Source of the DNA: Macrostomum hystrix
Lineage: Eukaryota; Animalia; Platyhelminthes
Direction of reading: 5' to 3'
Assembly: GCA_950097015.1 (NCBI GenBank)
Contig: CATNEN010000032.1
Location: 2,046,001-2,110,000, forward strand
DNA: 64,000 bases
Within the stretch, counting starts at the first letter, position 1, and the number at the start of each line of letters is the position of its first letter. The position numbers and the translations under genes were made by a program. The notes beneath the pieces are model-generated. The model was not told the DNA's origin, searched no databases, and saw only the letters and a list, made by a program, of their open reading frames with translations. Shown here one piece after another: positions 59,776 to 64,000 of the stretch.

Positions 59776-60975
59776 CGTTTCCTTCGATTCTTGAGAACAG
59801 TTTCCTTCGATTCCTGAAAACTGTTTCCTTCGATTCCTGAGAACAGTTTCCTTCGATTCCTGAAAACAGTTTCCTTCGATTCTTGAGAACTGTTTCCTTC
59901 GATTCCTGAAAACAGTTTCCTTCGATTCTTGAGAACAGTTTCCATCGATTCCTGAAAACTGTTTCCTTCGATTCCTGAAAACTGTTTCCTTCGATTCCTG
60001 AAAACTATTTCCATCGATTCCTGAAAACTGTTTCCTTCGATTCCTGAAAACTGTTTCCTTCGATTCCTGAAAACTGTTTCCTTCGATTCCTGAAAACAGT
60101 TTCCTTCGATTCCTGAAAACTGCTTCCTTCGATTCCTGAAAACTGTTTCCTTCGATTCCTGACAACAGTTTCCTTCGATTCCTGAAAACAATTTCCATCG
60201 ATTTCTGAAAACAGTTTCCTTCGATTCCTGAAAACTGTTTCCATCGATTTCTGAAAACAGTTTCCTTCGATTCCTGAAAACAGTTTCCATCGATTCCTGA
60301 AAACAGTTGTCTTCCATTCCTGACAACTGTTTCCTTCGATTCTTGAGAACTGTTTCCTTCGATTCCTGAAAACAGTTGTCTTCCATTCCTGACAACTGTT
60401 TCCTTCGATTCTTGAGAACTGTTTCCTTCGATTCCTGAAAACAGTTTCCTTCGATTCCTGAAAACAGTTTCCTTCGATTCTTGAGAACTGTTTCCTTCGA
60501 TTCCTGAAAACTGTTTCCTTCGATTCCTGAAAACAGTTTCCTTCGATTCCTGAAAATTGTTTCCTTCGATTCCTGAAAACAGTTTCCTTCGATTCCTGAA
60601 AACTGTTTCCTTCGATTCCTGAAAACTGTTTCCTTCGATTCCTGAAAACTGTTTCCTTCGATTCCTGAAAACAGTTTCCTTCGATTCTTGAAAACTGTTT
60701 CCTTCGATTCCTGAAAACTGTTTCCTTCGATTCCTGAAAACTGTTTCCATCGATTCCTGAAAACTGTTTCCTTCGATTCCTGAAAATGATTTTCATCGAT
60801 TTCTGAAAACAGTTTCCTTTGATTCTTGAGACCAGTTTCCTTCGATACCTGAAAACTTTTTCCTTCGATTCCCTAAAACTGTTTCCTTTCGATTCTTGAG
60901 ACCAGTTTCAATCGATTCTTGAAAACAGTTTCCATCGATTCTTGAAAATTGTTTTCTTCGATTCCTGAAAAATGT
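59776..60975. repeat. 23-bp minisatellite (ctgtttccttcgattcctgaaaa)
   Basis: About 50 direct units; source of the 396-, 263- and 209-aa artefactual ORFs. Confidence 0.96.
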
Positions 60976-61740
60976 TGACTTTTGAGCACAGTTTTCTTCG
61001 ATAAATCTTCCTGGAAAAATGTTGGCTATAAATTTCAAGCAGTGAGCAGGTCGCAGACAGCAAACAAGTCCCAGAGTAAACCGGGCAACAGCAGGTGGCC
61101 ACACTTAAGCTCCTGACGATGTAGGAATTGGACCTGCGGGAACTGAGCCGTCGGGATTAAAGAATGCGGCAAGTGTTTCTACCAAACCTAATCAGGCGAT
61201 GTTTTTCCACTTTCTTGGGTTCTCTTCTGTGGGTGCTTGTTGAGCAGTGCTTGATGTCGAGTAGGAGCCAGCGAAATCTCGCCTCTAACCTCCTTCTCAG
61301 AGTAAATAGTCCCAAAAAAATTTGGTTTGATCGGGAAAAATTGGTGCAAGCAGTTTGAAGAAATGAAACTTTTTTCCCAGCCAGGCCTGAATCAGATGTA
61401 CGATTTCTTTCTTTGATCAGAAATGTTCCTATTAGCTCTTTAAGACGCCATCAATGATTTCTCAAAGCCTGCGTGCTCCGTGCATCATTTCCGTGCATCA
61501 TTGTTGTCATGGCAACGGGACTCCGATTGCTGTTTCTCATTATCATCCCCCCCACCCCAGTATAGCAGCCAAGACTCATACCAGGACCAGTCACAGAAAT
61601 GCAGCAATGAAATTAGCGACCTTCGTACTTTTGCTGAGACAAAAAATTGTTTTCTACGAGTTAATAAACTCTCAAGGGAATCACGCCCCATCCTAACTTG
61701 GCCTTCCATCTCTGCACTTCATTACGGCGTACTATTATCT

Positions 61741-62098
61741 ATAATAATAATAATAATAATAATAATTGCAGTAGGGCTGCGGGCAACGGCACATCATTTA
61801 GTGACACTAGACCCGCAGCCAGCGAGGAGGCAATTCTGCCTATTTCGCTGACTCCTGAGCACACACGTACACAGATACTGTACGCAAGCACACGCTCACA
61901 CAGGTGTGTACATCTGCCCTGACTTTCTCATCGTCAGGCAGTGTACATTTCACTGTGCCTTGGAGGTTGGCCCTCAAGGGCGTAAACTGCACGACAAGCC
62001 CCCAAGCCTTCTCTCCGCGGCTGCGCCCTAAATGAATGTGACCTCGCCGTGGAATCGAACTTAGGGACCTTGGTGCGAGAGCAAACCGCTCTGCCAAT
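61741..62098 (-). mobile_element. tRNA-derived SINE, most complete copy
   Basis: Box A TGGCAGAGCGG, box B AGTTCGATTCC, body with two hairpins, (ATT)n tail at 61741-61768. Confidence 0.88.
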
Positions 62099-62835
62099 TT
62101 ACAGGAGCAAAGATTTATTCTTTTTGTCAGTTGCGACTCTTGAAAACAGTTGCTTTTAGCGCCAATTATCCGCTATCCAAAGATAACAAGCAGCTATTTA
62201 AAAAACAGAAATTTTTGCACTTGGGCCCGTCACCATGGTCCCGAAACCAAGCTGACAATTGCCGCAATAACTCAGTTTACGATGGTATTAATGGCCCACA
62301 GGTGGACAGTCGGTGATAGTCAGGACCTGAGGGTTGTAGGCTGGGCTGGTTCAGCTCATACCGCGGACTCGTCGCCTGAAAATGTTGAGTTCTAGAACGC
62401 GCGACCGCTTGAATTATGCATGACCAGAGAGCCGCCGCCATGAGTGCGCGGCCTCCCCTGACTTCCCAATAGTCAACGGAGAGCATTTCATAGCTCACCG
62501 GCGTATCAAAATATGGCATCAAGCCAAGCTGGGTGGGCTGTCGACCCAGCGACCAACCGGCCCGGTCTCACCTCCCTCTCTCCTCATGTCTCTCCGTCTC
62601 TGTCTGCCACTAACCAATCCAGCAGCCGCAGACATCCCCAGAGCCACCCACCACCCTGCCACGATCATAGAGTCCGTGCCGCCGTCACCGCCGCCGCTGC
62701 CGCCGCCACCGCTGCCGCACTCGACCAGCGCCGAGACTATCAATTCTCCCCCCCATACAGCTTTGCCCGCCAGAAGATTGTGCTAGCAGCCTTCGGTTGG
62801 CATTCAAGTCCCTCCAGCCTGCTCTCAGTGACGTC

Positions 62836-63276
62836 ATGAACTGTAAGTTTGTTGCCGCTTTCAGTGGGAACTCCAGCGTGGACTGAAAATTCCCAACCGA
62901 ACCCCGCAGTGAGCTTTGTCTCCATCGCCGCGTTCGCCCTGTGCCTTCTGGCCACCGCGTCCGCCTACCGGCAGCTGATGCGAACCAGCGACTGTGAGAC
63001 TGGGATTTCACTGGGATTTCACGTTTATTTCACTGGGATTTCACTGGGATTTCACTGGGATCCATCAGTGTCTATCTTAAAAATCCCCTAAGTTCTCCCA
63101 GCAAAGTCGCTAATTTTCCTTTCCTTCAGCGGCTGCTGGCGCCGTGGGCAACGACTGTCCTCGGTCAGCGCCGTGGCCATGCAAGAGCGGCCAGTGCTTG
63201 TCCTTCGCCTTCATCTGCGACGGCCGAGCTGACTGCAGTGACGGTTACGACGAGGACAAGGCCCTCTGCACCGCCA
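62836..63276 (+). CDS. Secreted LDL-receptor class A domain protein, prohormone-4/IDL-like; 3' exons not resolved
   Basis: Exons 62836-62842, 62910-62993 and 63130-63276 (all phase 1) give MNLSFVSIAAFALCLLATASA (signal) then DCPRSAPWPCKSGQCLSFAFICDGRADCSDGYDEDKALCTA. The DGYDED..LCTA ending resembles prohormone-4. Confidence 0.75.
62998..63060. repeat. 11-bp repeat (actgggatttc) directly after the exon 2 donor of the LDLa gene
   Basis: About 5 imperfect units. Confidence 0.8.
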
Positions 63277-63396
63277 GTAAGTGTCGTAGGTTTTACCATA
63301 GACAAATTTCCTCAACCCCGGCGTGGGCTAATAGTGTCAGAGAGACACTGGGAAATTGTGGGATACAGTTTGACCTAGCGGGATACAATGAAAGAT

Positions 63397-63581
63397 ACAG
63401 GGAGACAGTGGTGGACACAGGGAGACAGTGGTGGACACAGGGAGACAGTGGTGGACACAGGAAGACAGTGGTGGACACAGGGAGACAGTGGTGGACACAG
63501 GGAGACAGTGGTGGACACAGGGAGACAGTGGTGGACACAGGAAGACAGTGGTGGACACAGGGAGACAGTGGTGGACACAGG
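63397..63581. repeat. 20-bp minisatellite (cagggagacagtggtggaca)
   Basis: About 9 direct units in the intron after the LDLa exon. Confidence 0.95.
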
Positions 63582-64000
63582 ATGGACCAGACAAGCTTTA
63601 GCCCCAAGGTTGGTCAGTAACTGTTAATATGCACCAGTTCTGACTAAACAACTGTTCTGCTACATAAATAGTTGCCGGGCACACAGGAAATCGTGTGTTT
63701 GCCGACGGAAGAAAATTTAACTAGAATTGGTGGACTCATTAGGCAAATTGAGTTGTACCTTAGCTCAGCGGGAGAGTTCGTTCTGAAAGAAGGCCAAAGA
63801 GACTGTACAGACGAGTTCGTCCGATTCTTTTCGATGACGGACAAGCATCTACCTGTTTGTGAAGCTGATGAGGCTAAACTGCTCACAACTCCAACATCTG
63901 TCAGCCTGCCAGACGAACAATGTCAAACAAATGGTCAGCTAGTCAGTATGTCAGCTTTCATCAGTGTCAAACACGTTTTAGAAAACGCACCAGTTTGACA

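Noticed and set aside
61895-61950. CTGACGA...GAAA in the SINE internal hairpin resembling a hammerhead core (as in schistosome Sm-alpha SINEs)
   Set aside because: Only 3 nt separate the two core strands (no stem II), there is no stem III, and stem I does not pair at the cleavage site.
62035-62098. Possible tRNA genes at the SINE heads
   Set aside because: Boxes A/B are present but the acceptor and anticodon stems do not close, and each head is attached to the SINE body.
63672-63998. 108-aa ORF as the next exon of the LDLa gene
   Set aside because: The nearby acceptor gives phase 0 but phase 1 is required, and no family was recognised; left unassigned.

Overview
Eukaryotic (animal) genomic DNA with GC-rich exons, AT-rich spacers and GT-AG introns often filled by locus-private minisatellites. 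The style suggests a free-living flatworm such as Macrostomum; this is an inference and was not searched. Layout: (1) 0-13.3 kb is a cluster of secreted PAN/apple-domain proteins: two PAN + fibrinogen-related (FReD) genes, one PAN-only gene missing from the ORF track, and two intronless PAN + C-type lectin paralogs, plus an intronless ZIP transporter. (2) 14.2-18 kb is a damaged TMEM231 copy with an in-frame TAG, a GC donor, a partly duplicated last exon, a solo LTR and no recognisable first exon. (3) 18.1-23.3 kb is a very young, internally deleted Gypsy element. (4) A Mutator-like MITE lies at 24.2 kb. (5) BTBD7 spans 25.9-39.2 kb, its introns swollen by arrays up to 5.5 kb. (6) AK7 and Rab1 are head-to-head. 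(7) MVD follows. (8) An a-a'-D type PDI ends in KDEL. (9) A prohormone-4-like LDLa gene runs off the right edge. Six copies of a tRNA-derived SINE are dispersed through the window. Most long ORFs in the supplied track that lie over repeats are artefacts. Exon coordinates were read by eye and may be off by a few bases.
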